DNA from: Hypanus sabinus
Taxonomy: Eukaryota
Direction: 5' to 3'
DNA: 64,000 nucleotides
NCBI RefSeq assembly: GCF_030144855.1
Contig: NC_082706.1
Location: forward strand, 148,614,001-148,678,000
How positions within the stretch are numbered: position 1 is the stretch's first letter; every line of letters starts with the position of its first letter. A program made the translations under genes and the position numbers. Positions 11,928 through 25,589 of this stretch are shown one piece after another. The notes under the pieces were generated by a model. That model ran no database searches. It was not told the DNA's origin and saw only the letters and a program-made list of their open reading frames with translations.

Positions 11928-13794
11928 TCCATTTCCCTCTCCTGACAGTCACAGGGATGCATGGATTATATGGGTAGTTCTAGAACAAGAAGCCGCAGTC
12001 TCAGGTTACGGTAAGAGATTTGGGCCTGAGGTAAGAATAATTGTGTTTAGTGTGGTGAATACCTGATATTCTCAACCACAAAGTAGTAGAGGCTGTCACT
12101 TAAATTGAGAAGAAGATGAATAACTTTCTAAATTCAAAGGATTTGAAGGTGAGAAATGAGAGTATTGGAGATCTGAGAATGTTTGGGAAGAAATTCCAGA
12201 CCTTGGTCTTTGGTAGTTACAGACACAAAAGTCAATGATGGCACAAATAAATTCTGGGGTGACGTTGCACATAGCTTGATGTAGGGATGGAGAGACTACA
12301 CACAGAAAGGGAAGTGAAGCCACAGGGAAACTTGTGAAAGAATTAATGAGAAGCTTAAAATCATTGCTTCATCTGGAAACAATGTAGGTCAGCAAGCACA
12401 TGGCTGGCAAATGTCAAAATGAAAATGGTGGCAAAGACAATCGGGTTTTGCTGACTTCAGATTTACAAATATAAAGCAAGTGAATGGTAACCAAGTGAGT
12501 GAGAATGTGATGTTTATTTGTCTGCAAGATAGAGAGAAAAACAGGCAGGTGTATCTTTCCTCATCCTAACCTGTAAATCTACTTAAATTAAGATACTTTC
12601 TGAAAACCCTCAAAGGAGCAGTTGAAGGTGAGAAGAAGGAGATGCCTGCCTCAGTGGAAATGTGTTTACTGGAATATAAATGCCTTTTTGCTGTTAGTTT
12701 TCTTTTTCTCCAGTACACAATCTGTTCAATTTGAATTGTATTCATTCTTAAAAATAGATGCTTAAGAAGTGAAAAGAGAACCAAAGCAAAAGAGAAACAA
12801 AGTAAAATGAGCTTGTGAAGTTATCTGAAATAATTTCTTAAGAATTTCCAAAAAAAGGCATGTTTCACAATTTGCCATGTTTGCTTTGAAGCAAAATTCA
12901 ACCGCTGCAAACACTATGCCCTTTCCAAAAGATAGAACGGTGCAACATTACTTTTAGGACCCAAAGGTAAAAAATATTTCTGGTATTAAAATAATGAAAG
13001 TATTTGAGTTCTACCCATACACAAATACCAAATATAAACAAAGCAATTTACATACAGACAGACTATCTTACCATGTCTATGGAATGGACATTCTATTTTA
13101 AGACTGCATTTTCTTCAAATTTTCAGTTTTGTTCAACATTGCTGTGAAAGGGGGCATTGGATTGAGTTGTAGGACAAGCACTCAGTAATATAACAGATCA
13201 TATTGCTTCCATATTGTGCATCATCTTGACTGCAGTTCACAGCACTCTATGCTCCAAAAATCATAGAAGCTTATAGTTTCAAATATTATTGATTCATACA
13301 TCTTTACTTTGTGCTTTGGCTTCTCTGCTCAGAACTGAGTGATATCTGTTACCAATTCCTGAATGACATTGGAGTTTCAACCTAAACCTGAGACTCTTAA
13401 GTTGTACCTCCATGTACAATCAGCCTTGATGAATTGTTGCTTTGCTACTTTTATGGAATTGTCTAGAACCAAAGCATGTTCATTAAATGCAGCTCATGGC
13501 TTGAATTTTCATAAAATACAATTCCCTATTTTCCAATGGTTATGTTTGTTTTTTGAGAAATCTAAAAATTTTCAGTGAACTATTATTACTTTCATACTCA
13601 AAATGAATAGCTGAATCACAATTATTCAATTATGAATCATTATCAATATTTGATCATCCATAATCTCTAGTTTTTCCTTGAGGCTTAATCTTTGCCATTC
13701 TCAAATAATGTTCCTAGAATTGCAAATACATACTTGCATTATTTTTAAAAATGGAAACTGAATTTCCCATGTAAAACAGTCATACAGTATAAAA

Positions 13795-14330
13795 ACATAA
13801 ACACAAGAGATTGTGCAGGTGGTGGAAATCCAAAGCAACACACGCTGGAGGAATTCAGCAGGTCCAGCAGCATGTGTGGAAATGAATAAACAGAAAAACA
13901 TTTCAGTTGAGACCCTTCAGGACTAGAAAGGCTCTTTAAGATAAAGTAAGATGGGGAGAGGAGATGGACTAGCAGGAAGGAGATAGTGAAGCCAGGTGGT
14001 TTGGAAAGGTAAAGGGCTGGAGAAGAAGGAATCCGACGGGAGAGAAGAGCGGACCATGGGGGAAAGGGAAGAAGGAGGGGCACGGGGGGGGGGGGGTGTT
14101 AGGCAGGTGAAGAGAAGGGCTAAGAGCCCTGAGTGGGGAATAAAAGAAAAGCAAAAAGGGAGGAAAATAATTACCAGAGGGAGAAATCTATATTCATGCC
14201 TTCTGGTTGGAGGCTACTTAGAATGTGAGGAGTTGCTCCTCCATCCTGAGAGTGGCCTTATCATAGCCATGGACCAAAATGTCAGAACAGGAATGAGATG
14301 GGAATTAAAATTGGGCATTGGGAAATTCTA
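13795..14330 (-). mobile_element. Penelope-like element terminal/pLTR fragment
   Basis: GCTGGAGGAATTCAGCAGGTCCAGCAGCAT...TTTCAGTTGAGACCCTTCAGGAC is the reverse complement of the repeat at 37272-37385. It contains a decayed CTGA..GAAA hammerhead core, followed by a purine-rich tract. Confidence 0.6.
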
Positions 14331-14349
14331 CTTCTGGTACATGGAGCAG

Positions 14350-14447
14350 AGCTATTATGGATTTACTGAGTATACCTGCAAGAAAATGAATCTCATGGTT
14401 GTATGTAGTGATATGTATGTACTTTGATAATAAATTCACTTTGAACA
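14350..14447 (+). mobile_element. LINE 3' tail fragment (Rex1/Babar-like)
   Basis: ..AAGAAAATGAATCTC..GTACTTTGATAATAAATTCACTTTGAAC, with a poly-A signal and short-repeat tail. Confidence 0.55.
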
Positions 14448-14449
14448 TC

Positions 14450-15630
14450 ATCTTTCTTAACCTCTATGTTCCAAAACATTAGTCTGTTCTCCGCCAGCCT
14501 CAATTTGCCAAGGTCCCTCTCACTGGTAAATAATGAAACAGTATTCATGAAGGAGTTCCCCTACCTCCTCCAGTTCCAGATACGTTGTTCTTCTTTTATC
14601 CCTGATCAATCTAACCTTCACTCTAATCATTCTGTTCTCTACATTTGTGTAGAATGCCTTGGAGTTTTCTTTAACCCTCCTCAAATCTTAGCCCTCCTAA
14701 GTCCCTTAAGTTCTTTCCTGGCTACCTTGTAACTCTTCAAAAGTCCTGTTGGGTCTTTATTTCCTAACCTTTTAGTATGCCTCCATATTTCTTTTGTCTG
14801 AATGTTCCTCTTCTCTGGTTGATGATGGTTCCTTCACCCTACCATCCTTGTCTGTCTCAGTAGGATAAATCTATTCAGAATCAGATGCAAGAGCTCGCTA
14901 AACATCATCCACGATTCTGTTTGTATGTTTCCTTAAGAACATCTATTCCCAATTTGTGCTCCTAGGTTTCCTGCCTAATAGCATTATAATTAACCCTCCC
15001 TAATTAAGTACTTTCCCACAATGTCTGCTCCTATCCTTGTACAAGGCAATGCTAAACGTCAGAGGGTTGCGATCGCTTTGTCCAAAATGCTCACCGACTG
15101 AGTGATCTGTCATCTGACCAGGCTTATTGTATAGTACTAGATCCAGTATGGTGCCTCCAAACGGCCAATCAACATTAGGGAAGTTTAAGTACCCTATAAC
15201 AACAACCCTGTTATTTTGGCAGCTTTCCAAAATTTGCCCCCCAATCTGATCCTCAATGTCTTTGTTATTGGAGGGCCCATAGAATTTTCTCAATAGAGTG
15301 ATTGTCCCCTTCCTGTCTCTGACTTTCACCCTCTCCCTCAGTGGACAATCCCTCCACAATGATCTCCTATTCTGCAGCTGATTAGCAATTCCACTCTCCC
15401 ACCTATTTTGCCTCCCTCCCTGTCCCTTTTGAAACATATAAAAGTAAGAACATTCAACAAACATTCCTGCCTTTGTCAGCCAAGTCTCTGTAATGGCCAC
15501 AACATCACAGTCCCACACTCTAAGTTCATCAACCTTGTTCCTGATGTTTTCTGCGTTAAAGGAAACACATTTCAATCCATCTAACTGACTGCATTTAAGC
15601 TCTATCCACTGCTTTTCATTCCTCAGTCCC
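14450..15630 (-). mobile_element. CR1 LINE fragment, ORF2 APE endonuclease region
   Basis: ORF 15000-15677 contains FNAENIRNKVDEL, VAITETWL, NRVVVIGYLNFP, ILDLVL and EHFGQSDRN (degenerate APE motifs). Confidence 0.88.
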
Positions 15631-17399
15631 TCTACACATTGAAATTTATTTTTTTTTTCATTGAAGCAGAAACTCATTGGGTCAAATGATCTTGTTCTAT
15701 GCCATAAGAAAATATGAAAGTTAATATCAATTGAATAGTGCCTTTTAACAACTAACTTGAGTTGTTAGATCTGGAAATGATGTGGTCCAGAAGGATCTTC
15801 AGAAGTCAAGAATTGAGCGCAAATCTTATTATTGCAGCCAGTTTATTTAATGTTCACCAAAGTACAGGTCAGACGGTCTCTTTGTACCAGCAACCAAGGC
15901 AAGTAAAATAAAATGACTAAGAACTTGTCCTCATTCTTTCTTTCCACCTGGTTAGATAAGGGAATCTTCTTGTAATAGCCTGTTTAAAGGTACACTTCAG
16001 TTTTACACACAAAACAAAACTGTAGACATATGAAGCCACATGTACTGCAAGTCACTAAAAGTTTACAAACAAGTAAAAAGAAAGCTAAAGCGACAAAAAA
16101 AAAACTCAAAGTAACAGCCTGCATCCTAGCCCAACATTGTAGAAATCATTTCATAAAGTCAAATCTCATCAGTCAAGTGCATGTATTGGAATTGAAATTG
16201 ACATTCTTCTCAATTTTGGAGTTAATACATGTCCAAATTCCAGATACAATTCCCTGTCAGGCAAGGTTCTTTGAGAGCAATTCAGTAAACTGATCCTCTA
16301 AGTTGTTGCTATTGCAGAATACAACCATCAAGCACAAATAATACTGTGCACAACAGCAGGGTCTTGAAATGGGCATATATATGCACATGAGCTGTTGATG
16401 TTTGTTTCAGACATAATTCTGCATGACACTGAAGGAACTTTTGCCAACATGGTTGAGCAAAACACTTCTGGTAGAGAATGTACAAGTGGAGAACTTCCTT
16501 CTGAATTTCTCCCCCCCTCCCCCTCACCCCCACCCTGGGGATGAAGTGAAAACTTTGGTCTGTCAGGAGGTGAATCGCACACCACACACGTGTGTAACTT
16601 CTAATCACTACCTGTAATCAGTGTTTATGTATCTCATCCAGTTGGGCTGCTGAGCAATGGTAACGCTGGATGCCGGGGTTCATGGCAAAAGCAATTCTAC
16701 TGAATGTCAAGGATTCTCTCTTGTTGCAGATTCTCAGATCTGCCAGATCATGACACTTTCTTGCCATATATCATCCTGATTGGTCCTTGCACAGCATGCA
16801 GAAGGCCATTGAGCACATTGAGTCTATCTCAGAGCAATGACATCAGTTCACTTGTTACCCTATGAAAGTATTCTCTCTCATTTGCCCACCAACCCTTCTC
16901 TATGTTCTTATCAGAGAACTATACTAACAATCATTTAAAATGACCACTAACTTCACAGCCAGCACATTTTTTAGGATGTGGAAGAAACTCGTGTTGTCAT
17001 GGAGACTAGGTGCTCTACACAAGCACCACTAAAATCATGCATGAACTTACTGTAGGTCAGTGGTGTTGAGATGGCTACTGTACTTACAGCTTCAATGTGG
17101 TCCAGCCTTTCCTTTCATTGACTTTCACCATATTTGTTACCTTTCTCCTAACTTGTCTCCTGCTTGCCCATTTTCTTTCATTCTCAATCTTCATTTTTAA
17201 TTTCCCTGTCATTCCATTGTGCTATCAATCTTGTTCTCATTAATTCCAATAAGATTGAAGAGCCACATTTCATGCATAGGAGACCATTCTACTGGCTTCC
17301 AAAGATAGCCCACTAATCCAATTGCCTCATTTATTTCCTTTTAACCTACTTTCTGTCACATGATCTATATCAATCCCACACCAGGCCAGTTGGCTAAAA

Positions 17400-17550
17400 A
17401 CCATCTCACCTTTAAGATGTGGGGTGGGGGGGAAAGCCAAGGCACCTAATACAAAGCCACACAAATATAACATGCAGACTGCACTGGCAACACCGGAGGC
17501 CAGAAGTGAACTTGTGTCCTTGGAGCTATGAGAGACGGCTGTACTGCTGC
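17400..17550 (-). mobile_element. Degraded tRNA-derived SINE (V-SINE/HE1-like)
   Basis: Reverse-complement similarity to the SINE bodies at 17630 and 25210. Confidence 0.45.
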
Positions 17551-17627
17551 AGAATCTCTGTGCCAGCTTCTAGGTTTTGTTGTGTGCAGATGTAAGCTGT
17601 TTCTTAGTTTAGGAGCTGAAAAACATG

Positions 17628-17880
17628 ATCGCGTAGCAGTTATTGCAACGCTGTTATGGCTTGTGTTAAGAGTTCAATTATGGTGCAATTTTGTAAGGAG
17701 TCTCTGTACGTCCTCCCCTTGGACTGCATGGGTTTTTCCTGGGCCTTCCAATTTCCCCTCAATGTGTGAAAACATACAGATAAGTTAATTAGTCATTGCA
17801 AATTGACCTGTGATGAGGCTAGCATTAATGAGGGGTGTGGGTTTACTGGGACAGTGTGGCTCAAAGGGCCTACTCCCCAC
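17628..17880 (+). mobile_element. tRNA-derived SINE (V-SINE/HE1-like)
   Basis: A-box-like GTAGCAGTT, B-box-like GAGTTCAATT, V-domain-like CTCCCC..GACTGCATGGGTTTTTCCTGGG, and a CR1-like tail AAGGGCCTACTCC. Confidence 0.7.
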
Positions 17881-18336
17881 TATTAGAAAGTTTCATTTTA
17901 AAAAAAAAAAGAGACATATACATCAGCAAATACCAGCACTTTTCACATTGGAAGGAAGGTTGGACTCAATGATATCTTTCTTTATTGAAGACCTGGGACT
18001 GAAATCATTAACGTCTAGCAATTATTCCAACTCCAGGAGATCTACTTTTGTGTGAGAGGTATGACTGCAACAGTTGGAATATTTTCCCTTGATGCCAGTT
18101 GGTTTATTTCACCAGGGTCCGTTGGTTGCCTCGAACTTCAAATGCTCTCTTGATTTCCCCTCTGAAGTTCAATTCTTTGATCCACGTTTGCAGGAGTGAT
18201 GTAATGGGTTCTGGAGCCTTGTTGTCCAATTGAAAGTGAAACTGTGTAATATTGTGTTACAGGATAACATGATTGACCACCATTTCTGTCATTTTGCTGA
18301 TAATTGAGCATGGATGGTATACTGTTAACTAGTCAG

Positions 18337-19180
18337 TGTTATGAACCCCGTAACTGGGTCACTTACCAGCAAAGATAGAGAGGTCCGTTGAAGTCTGATG
18401 ATACTATTTTTAACAGTATTTATTAGTAAAAATACACAAATAATATCAATGCAAATATACAGATAACATACGTCAGGTATAATAATAATCAATAAGAAAT
18501 AAGCTCTATCGTTGTCTAGGGGATAATGTATTGTCCAATAGAAATATAAAGTTCACTCAGTTCATGCAGGCTGCAGCCTTTGGGGACCACTGGGTTGCAA
18601 TGGTTGGAGAGAGAGAGAGAGATTTGGGAGAAAAACTTGCCGACTTTCGTTTTAGGGTTTCGATCCATCAGGAGTCTTATTGTCGTGGCCTTTCACTTGT
18701 GGCCTCTCCTTTAGCTAAACCGTTCTTCTGTGGCGAGCCCGCCAATCCAGGCAAGGGAGGACGCACATGAGCCCCCACCAGCTGTCGCTATTAAACGCTG
18801 TCACAGGATCTCTAGCATTTCTCCTGGTGCATCTAACGGGGTTGTTCCCCAGCCCCTCTTTTATCCTTACTCATGGGGTCTCAGATGTCAATCAGGTTGG
18901 GATGATGCAATCCCTCAACTAGACCACTCTGGTTGTCCCCGAGGGTTTTCAATGAATAGTACAGTACTCAATACACAATTCCGTCTCCAAGAGACAATGA
19001 CCATTATCAGTGGTTCCGTTTCGGTGAGGCCATGACACATTCCAAACCTTGTGGATTCTGCATGTCTCTCTCTCATTTCCTGGGTCCCAGACCCCAGTTA
19101 ATAGCGATCTTGCGATTCTCAAAAAGGAGGGGGCAACTTTGTACTCTTCGGCCCCTCAGAGTTGTGTCACATTCATAACA
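18337..19180 (-). mobile_element. Solo LTR, same family as 7842-8614
   Basis: TGTTATGA...TCATAACA termini, TSD TCAG on both sides; the first ~220 bp are nearly identical to the 7842 copy. Confidence 0.9.
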
Positions 19181-19384
19181 TCAGATTGGTCATACCCAAG
19201 TATTCTTTTAGACAAAAGTCAGTATTTGACTGTACTGGAACAATTCATTTTGAGGCACATTTGGTCTGGAGAATGCAACTTCATTGTTACTGGGACTTTG
19301 CAGATTTATATATTCTTTGCACATATTCAATGCTGTTGGACTTTTATTGTTATCACAGTGAATGGAAGAGTGGGCAAATAAATA

Positions 19385-19780
19385 AGACCAAAAGATATAG
19401 GAGTGGAATTGGGCTATTTGGCCTATCAAGTCCACTTCACCATTTCATCATGGCTGATCCAATTTTCTTCTCAGCCCCAATCATCTGCCTTCTCCCCACA
19501 TATCTTCATGGCCTGAGCAGTCAAGAACCTATTAACCTCTGTCATAAATGCACATAAAACTTGGCCTCCACAGCTGCCTGTGGCAACGAATTCCACAGGT
19601 TCACCACATTCTGACTAAAGAAATTCCTCCATCTCCATTCCACAAGAACTCTTCTCTATTAAGGCTAGTCTAGTCTTAGCCTCTCCCACCATAAGAAATA
19701 TCCTCTCCACATCCTTTCATCAAAACATTCCACCATTTGATAGGTTTCGATGAGGTCACCCCTCATTCTTCTGAATTCTA
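19385..19780 (-). mobile_element. CR1 LINE 3' fragment
   Basis: Closely similar to the CR1 3' end at 30768-31150. Confidence 0.85.
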
Positions 19781-19992
19781 GTTGTAACCCTTGGGTTCGG
19801 CTGGCAATGTTAGTCTAGGGGGAGATTGTCTCTGGACCCACCAAACTTGTGAAATCCTGTTTGTGTAGATGCTGCATGATGTTTTCCACTGTTACAAATC
19901 AGTACCACCTAGCCTCGGAGTGGAGGGTTTGCCATTTAGAAAGAGGTGAAGAGAACTACTTTGCACAGAGGAAGAAGTGAGTAGATGCTAAG

Positions 19993-20395
19993 TTCAGAAT
20001 CTGGGTTAATATCTCAGGCATATGTCGTGAAATTTGTTAACTTCAATGTCACATGATAAATGTAGAAAAACTGAATTGCAGTAATTGTATGTGTATATTG
20101 AATAGTTAAGTTAAAATAAGTAGTGCTAAAACATAGATAAAGTAGTGATGTAGTGTTCATTGATTCAATGTCCATTTGGGAATTGGATGGCAGAGGGGAA
20201 GAGCTGTTCCTGAATCACTGAGTGTGTGCTTTCAGGCTCCTGTGCCTCCTACCTGGTGGTAACAGTGAGGGGAAAAAGGCATGTCCTGGGTGGTGGGGTC
20301 CTTAATGATGGATGCTGCCTTCCTGAGGCACCACTCCTTGAAGATGTCTTGGATACTAAAGAAGCTAGTACCCATGATAGAGCTGACTAATTTTG
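19993..20395 (-). mobile_element. Rex1/Babar LINE 3' fragment
   Basis: Homologous to 59475-59900 (TCAGAATC tail; GGATGGCAGAGGGGAAGAGCTGTTCCTGAATCACTGAGTGTGTG). Confidence 0.85.
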
Positions 20396-22805
20396 CATAC
20401 ATAGATTTTAAATATATTCAAGAAGGAGGTAGATGATATCTTGATGCTAATGGGGCAGAGGGCTATTAGAAGAAAGTGGAAATAGGTACTGAGGTTGATA
20501 ACATGGAAAAACTGCAGAAATGTCATGTTTGTTTTAAATGGTAGTTAATTCTACTTACAATTGTCATGCCTGGATCCAGTATGATGAATGTGGAATCCTA
20601 TGTTACCATTTGAAATGCACTAGGTATACAAGGTGTATCCCGAACTTGATAAGTAGCGGTTCCACATTGGTTAAGACCTTTTTCAGTGAGGTAGATTCCT
20701 GATGTTTGCAGCTTTCTTTATTCAGTTATTGGTATGTGGGGGAGGGGGAGAGGAATCTGACATTGTCTTCAAAAATAATTTCAACATTAGATTATTTGTA
20801 AAAATAATATGCTTTAATATGCATTCTTATCAACTATTTTGATAGGGATTTCGATCCAAACAGCACAATATCCCACAGAATTCATACCAAAAGTTTTAAC
20901 AGCAGGAAAAAAGAAACATTTAAGGTTTTGGTGTAGTTGGGCAGTCATCAAAAGTGGGCAGTCGTGAAAGTGATCTTTCATTTGTGCTAAATGAAAGATC
21001 AATATTCTGTGATATAGATAATTGATTCTTGAGTCATCCTTTGGCAGTTTCCTTGGGAATTCTGCTTGATCAGATGCAGTACCTTAGTGACAGATCACTG
21101 AAACCTTGTGATTTACATGACATCGGAGTTATTGGGGGAGGTGGAGAGAATAACCAGATTATATTCTTGGACATATTGTCTAAACATATTCCTTCCATCA
21201 TGAATCTTTGAATAAGTTCAGAGATTTGAGTTTAAGTGCTGAAGTACATCTGACAAAGTCAAATAAAGAACTTGTCCCTGGAAATTAATGTAACCCTATT
21301 CTGGAATGCCTACTGTGCATCCTGTACAATGAAAGGGACAGAAACAGTATAAATGACGGTTTCCATTCAGAAATCTGCACATAACTGGGACTTGTGCAGT
21401 TGCAGATAGGATTAAATGGAACCAATGACTGTGAGTGGTTTCACTGTTTACAGGCACACTCCTTGTGGCAGCCAACAAACACGGAAGACAACAAATCTAA
21501 TCATGACTCCTACAGAGAAGAGAAAGGGACTGCACTGGGAGGGAGAGAGCCCCTAGAATATTGAAAAAGACATGGCATTCAAGTCACTGAACCAAGAGAC
21601 AGAAGGGACATTCTGTGTATCAGAAGCCTTGCAGGCTCATCAAATGGAGAACTTGGCAGAAAGTGTCTTTATTGCCTGCAAAAGCCTTTGGTTGTAACAT
21701 TGTGTAACATCCATCATGCAATACAGAAGTCTTCACACCAGCTTTGATTCCAGTACTTGAGTGCTCTCAAGTATGTACAAAGTTCCAGCAGAGCAAAGGG
21801 CGTTTCTACAGCGATGCTGGTTCTTGCATGGCTCCTGCTGTAAATAGACAGCCTCTGCATTTGGGGCTACAAATTTGTCAGGAATCAGGAAAGTAGTGGG
21901 AAGCCCTTGAGGTGTAGATTGATGATGGGTTTCTCTGAAGGTAAGTGCATCATATATAAACATGGCTGGAAATGTTGCATTCCATGCACAAGGTCGTTTT
22001 AATATCTACAACTAGCTATATTGGAGATGAAGGATAAGCCCATGGTTTTTAATGAACACTCACCAGCTGCATTAAGAAAAGGGAGAATGGTGATGGTTGA
22101 GCAGGAACTATGTAAAATATTAGGTAGGATAGTTGGACTAAGAGAACAGTTTTAAAGGTAAATAATTAGCATGCCTGGATGAAATGTATATCAGGGTGTA
22201 ATCAAAAAGAAAGGAGAAAAATGCAGTGGCTCTGATCATTCTTTTTCAATCATTCCTGTCCACCAGAATGTTTTAGGAGGATTTGAGGACTGCTAAATTG
22301 GTCTTTTTAAAAAGAGAGCAAGAATAAACCAGGTGCCTTTTGATCGTCACTTGCTGACCAAATACACCTGATGTTAACAACTAAATGTTTAAAATTTCAT
22401 CCCTATTTTCAAATCTCCTTTCTCTATGTCAATCTATAATCCTCCAGGATAACTTCTCTAATTCTGTTAATACAATCCTTACTGAATTTAGTTGCTCTGT
22501 CATTGGCAGCATATTTTTAGCTTTCAAACATCCTCAATTGTGGAATTTTCTCCATATCTGTTCTTGTCTCATCCTCCTTTTTGGTCAACTGGTCAATATT
22601 CTGCTACCTTAAGGACGTTATATCAACTGCAGCTAATGTTTTTTGTTTCCTTAATACAAGCAACAAGATGGTACTGTCGGCTGCAGAAAATTGGTCCAAA
22701 AATTATTTGAAATAAACCTCTTTTGAACTACTCACTACTTGTACCACACCCATTTGGTGGTAATGAAAGGAATCAACTAATAACCACTTAAATATATTTA
22801 ACCCT

Positions 22806-23365
22806 GTGACTATATTGAAGGTGTTGAAGTGCTTTGAGATGTTGGTCATGGCTAGAATTAACTCTTGCCTGAGTAAGGACCTGGACCCACGAAAGTTTTA
22901 CCACCAGCACAACAGGTTGACAGTGGATGCAATCTCATTGGTTCTCCCCACAGATTTGGTACACCTGGACAACAGCAATACATATACATCAGGCTGCTGT
23001 TTCTTGATTACAGCTCAGCATGCAACAATATCAACCCCTTTGTAATAATTAACAAGCTTCAAAACCTGGGCCTCTGTACTTCCCCCTGCAAATGGATGCT
23101 TGAGTTCCCGATCAGGAGATCTCAATAAGTGCGAAGCAGTTATATCTCCTCGCTGATAATCAACGCAGGCACAGCTCAAGGATGTGTGCTTAGCCCACTG
23201 CTCTGCTCTCTCCACTACTCATGACTTTGAGTAAGCGCAGCTCAAACGCCATCAATAAATATGTTGATAATGCCAATATTGGCAGAATTCCAGATGGTGG
23301 TGACAAGACGTAAGGAACAATATACCATAGATCAGCTGGTTGAGTAGTGTCATGACAACATCTTG
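22806..23365 (+). mobile_element. Rex1/Babar LINE RT fragment (degraded)
   Basis: KCFEMLVMARINSCLSKDLDP..NRLTVDAISLVL..HLDNSNTY and CAAGGATGTGTGCTTAGCCCACTG (QGCVLSPL). Confidence 0.85.
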
Positions 23366-23904
23366 CCGGCAAAAAATATAATTTCCTTGGTATCCAGCCT
23401 CCACAGGATTAGAACTAATTTTGCCTGGGTTTCAAGATAAAATAGAACAGTCAGTCAAAGCAAAATGAAGCTGTTCTACAATATTGTTTAAATTTGAATT
23501 ATTTCTCTTTCCTGACTGCAACTTGGTAAAAGGATCTGAAATGCAGCTGTTTTTTTTCCTGAACTACATAAGCACTGTAACAGAATATAAATGAACCATC
23601 ATTAAATCAAAACTAGTGAAATATAGCCCGATTTGTCAGTCGACATGTCACAGTTGGAAGCATTCTCATATTTAGGCTGTAATGCTTGGAGTTCAAGCTC
23701 AATTCCAGCACATTCTGTCATGATACTTCAGTACAGTGATGATGAACTGGTATATTAATGGAACTGTCAGTCTTTAGATGAGTTGTTTTGCTAAGGCCCA
23801 TCTGTATGATTTAGAGGAAAATTAAATGTCCCAGTCTATGACTGCAAGATGCAAAGAGTCCTCTTCAAGTCTTGTCCGACATTCCTCCTTCAAACAACAC
23901 TGCT

Positions 23905-24212
23905 GAAATGTCTAACACGAGGGGGCATAGTTTTAAGGTGCTTGGAAGTAGGTACAGAGGGGATGTCATGGGTAAGTTTTTATTTATTTTTCCACACAGT
24001 GGTGGGTGTGTGGAATGCACTACCAGTGATGGTGGTGGAGGCAGATACAAAAGGGTCTTTTAAGAGACTCTTGGATAGGTACATATAGCTTAGAAAAACA
24101 GAGGGCTAAACAGTAGGGAAATTCTAGGCAGTTTCTAGAGTAGGTTACATGATTGGCACAACATCATGGGCTGAAGGGCCTGTAATGTGCTGCTGTAGAT
24201 TTCTATGTTCTA
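23905..24212 (+). mobile_element. CR1 LINE 3' fragment
   Basis: NTRGHSFKVLG..VVGVWNALP..FKRLLDRY, ending in a TTCTATG-type tail. Confidence 0.85.
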
Positions 24213-24299
24213 AAATTGGTATATATTCAGTCTCAATATAGAATCTTACTATTTTCATGGGAACGTCACTATCAATGCATATCAGTGCAATTATTACTT

Positions 24300-25100
24300 C
24301 TGTTTAACGATTACAGTTCAGCATTCAAAGCATCATCCCCTCATTACTAATCACAAGCCTCAAAACCTGGGTCTCTGTACATTTCTCTGCATTTGGATGT
24401 TCTATTCCTTATCGACAGAACACAGTCAGAAGCTGGTGATAACATCTCCTCTCAGTTTCACTGCGTGACTCTAACCCATGACTGTGTGGCTAGCCAAGGC
24501 TCAGAAACCATCTATAAATTAATTGATGACACCACTATCGTTGGCAGAATCTTGGATGGCGAGGAAGAAGTGTACGGAAGGGAAAAATGTAGGCTGGTCA
24601 AGTGATGCAACAACCTTGCACTTCATGTTAGCAAGACCAAGGAATGGATTGTGCACTTACAGAAGGGGAAGTTGAAAGATCACACTCCAATCCTCATTGA
24701 GGAGTCGGCGGTGGAAAGGCTGAGCAGTCTCAAGTTCCTGGGCATCAACAGCTCAAAGGGTCTGTTCTGGGCCCATCATATTGATGTAATCATGTTGAAG
24801 GTATGCCAGGAGCTAGACTTCATTTGAGAATACCTGGTACATCACAAAAGATACAGAGCAACCTAACAAGAGAAAATCTGCAGATGCTGGAAACGTGTTG
24901 CTGGAGCAGATTTCTACAGATTTGTGTTGAGCATTCTAACTGGTTGCATCATTATCTGGTATGGATGGACAGGATCATAAGAGGCTTGTGGATTCAGCCA
25001 GTTCCATCAGCGACAAAGGCCTCACCACCGCTGAGGATATCTTCAAAAGGTCATGCCTTAAGAAGGTAGCATCCATCCTTACTACCATCAGGAAACTGAA
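24300..25100 (+). mobile_element. Rex1/Babar LINE RT fragment (degraded)
   Basis: [28 protein letters not shown]; a short Penelope-like insert lies near 24865-24895. Confidence 0.8.
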
Positions 25101-25209
25101 ATGACATTCAGCAGCGGGCTGGTGTTTGCATTAGTATTTGCCAAAATTATTCTGAGCCAATATCACAGGTTTCCCAAAACTGACCCAAATTAATAGCACG
25201 GGTCTTTAT

Positions 25210-25435
25210 TGGAGCAGCACGGTAACGTGGCGGTTAGCAGAACGCTATTAATAGCACCAGCAACTTGGGTTCACTTCCCACTGCTGTCTGTAAAGAGCTC
25301 ATACAATTCTCCCCATGACAACTTGGGTTTCTGCCATCTGCTCTGGTTTCCTTCCTCATTCCAAAGATCATTGGGTTAATTGGTCACGCATGAACTCATT
25401 GGGCTCTAAAGGCCAGCTTCAATGCTGTATCTTTC
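25210..25435 (+). mobile_element. tRNA-derived SINE (V-SINE/HE1-like)
   Basis: GCAGCACGGTAACGTGGCGGTTAGC (A box), GGGTTCACTTCC (B box), TTCTCCCCATGAC..TGGGTTTC..TGCTCTGGTTTCC (V domain). Confidence 0.75.
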
Positions 25436-25589
25436 AGCTCAAACATTGGGGGAGATATGCAAATTGAAAGCAAAAGATGCAGAGAAATTGAAGATTGAAA
25501 AGACCAATACTCAAGAATCAAAGCTAAAATGTGGGATGATGACGGAATTTGGGTTCACGTTATCTATTGGAACCATTTTTCATTTATTG

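Larger units (their letters stand above)
7385..11945 (-). mobile_element. Old, near full-length but deleted CR1 LINE interrupted by hAT (7714-9268) and MITE (9589-9668)
   Basis: CR1 3' end at ~7385, RT remnants at 9270-9990, endonuclease remnant in ORF 10975-11199 (GREGGKSGGQVTLLIKDNITA), ORF1 esterase at 11515-11927. Confidence 0.75.

Noticed and set aside
7842-19180. The two related LTRs as the ends of one 11-kb provirus
   Set aside because: Each has its own distinct TSD, and there is no gag/pol between them.
19782-19905. TGTAAC-starting segment as an LTR
   Set aside because: No partner LTR, TSD or internal domain was found, and it is too short to support a call.
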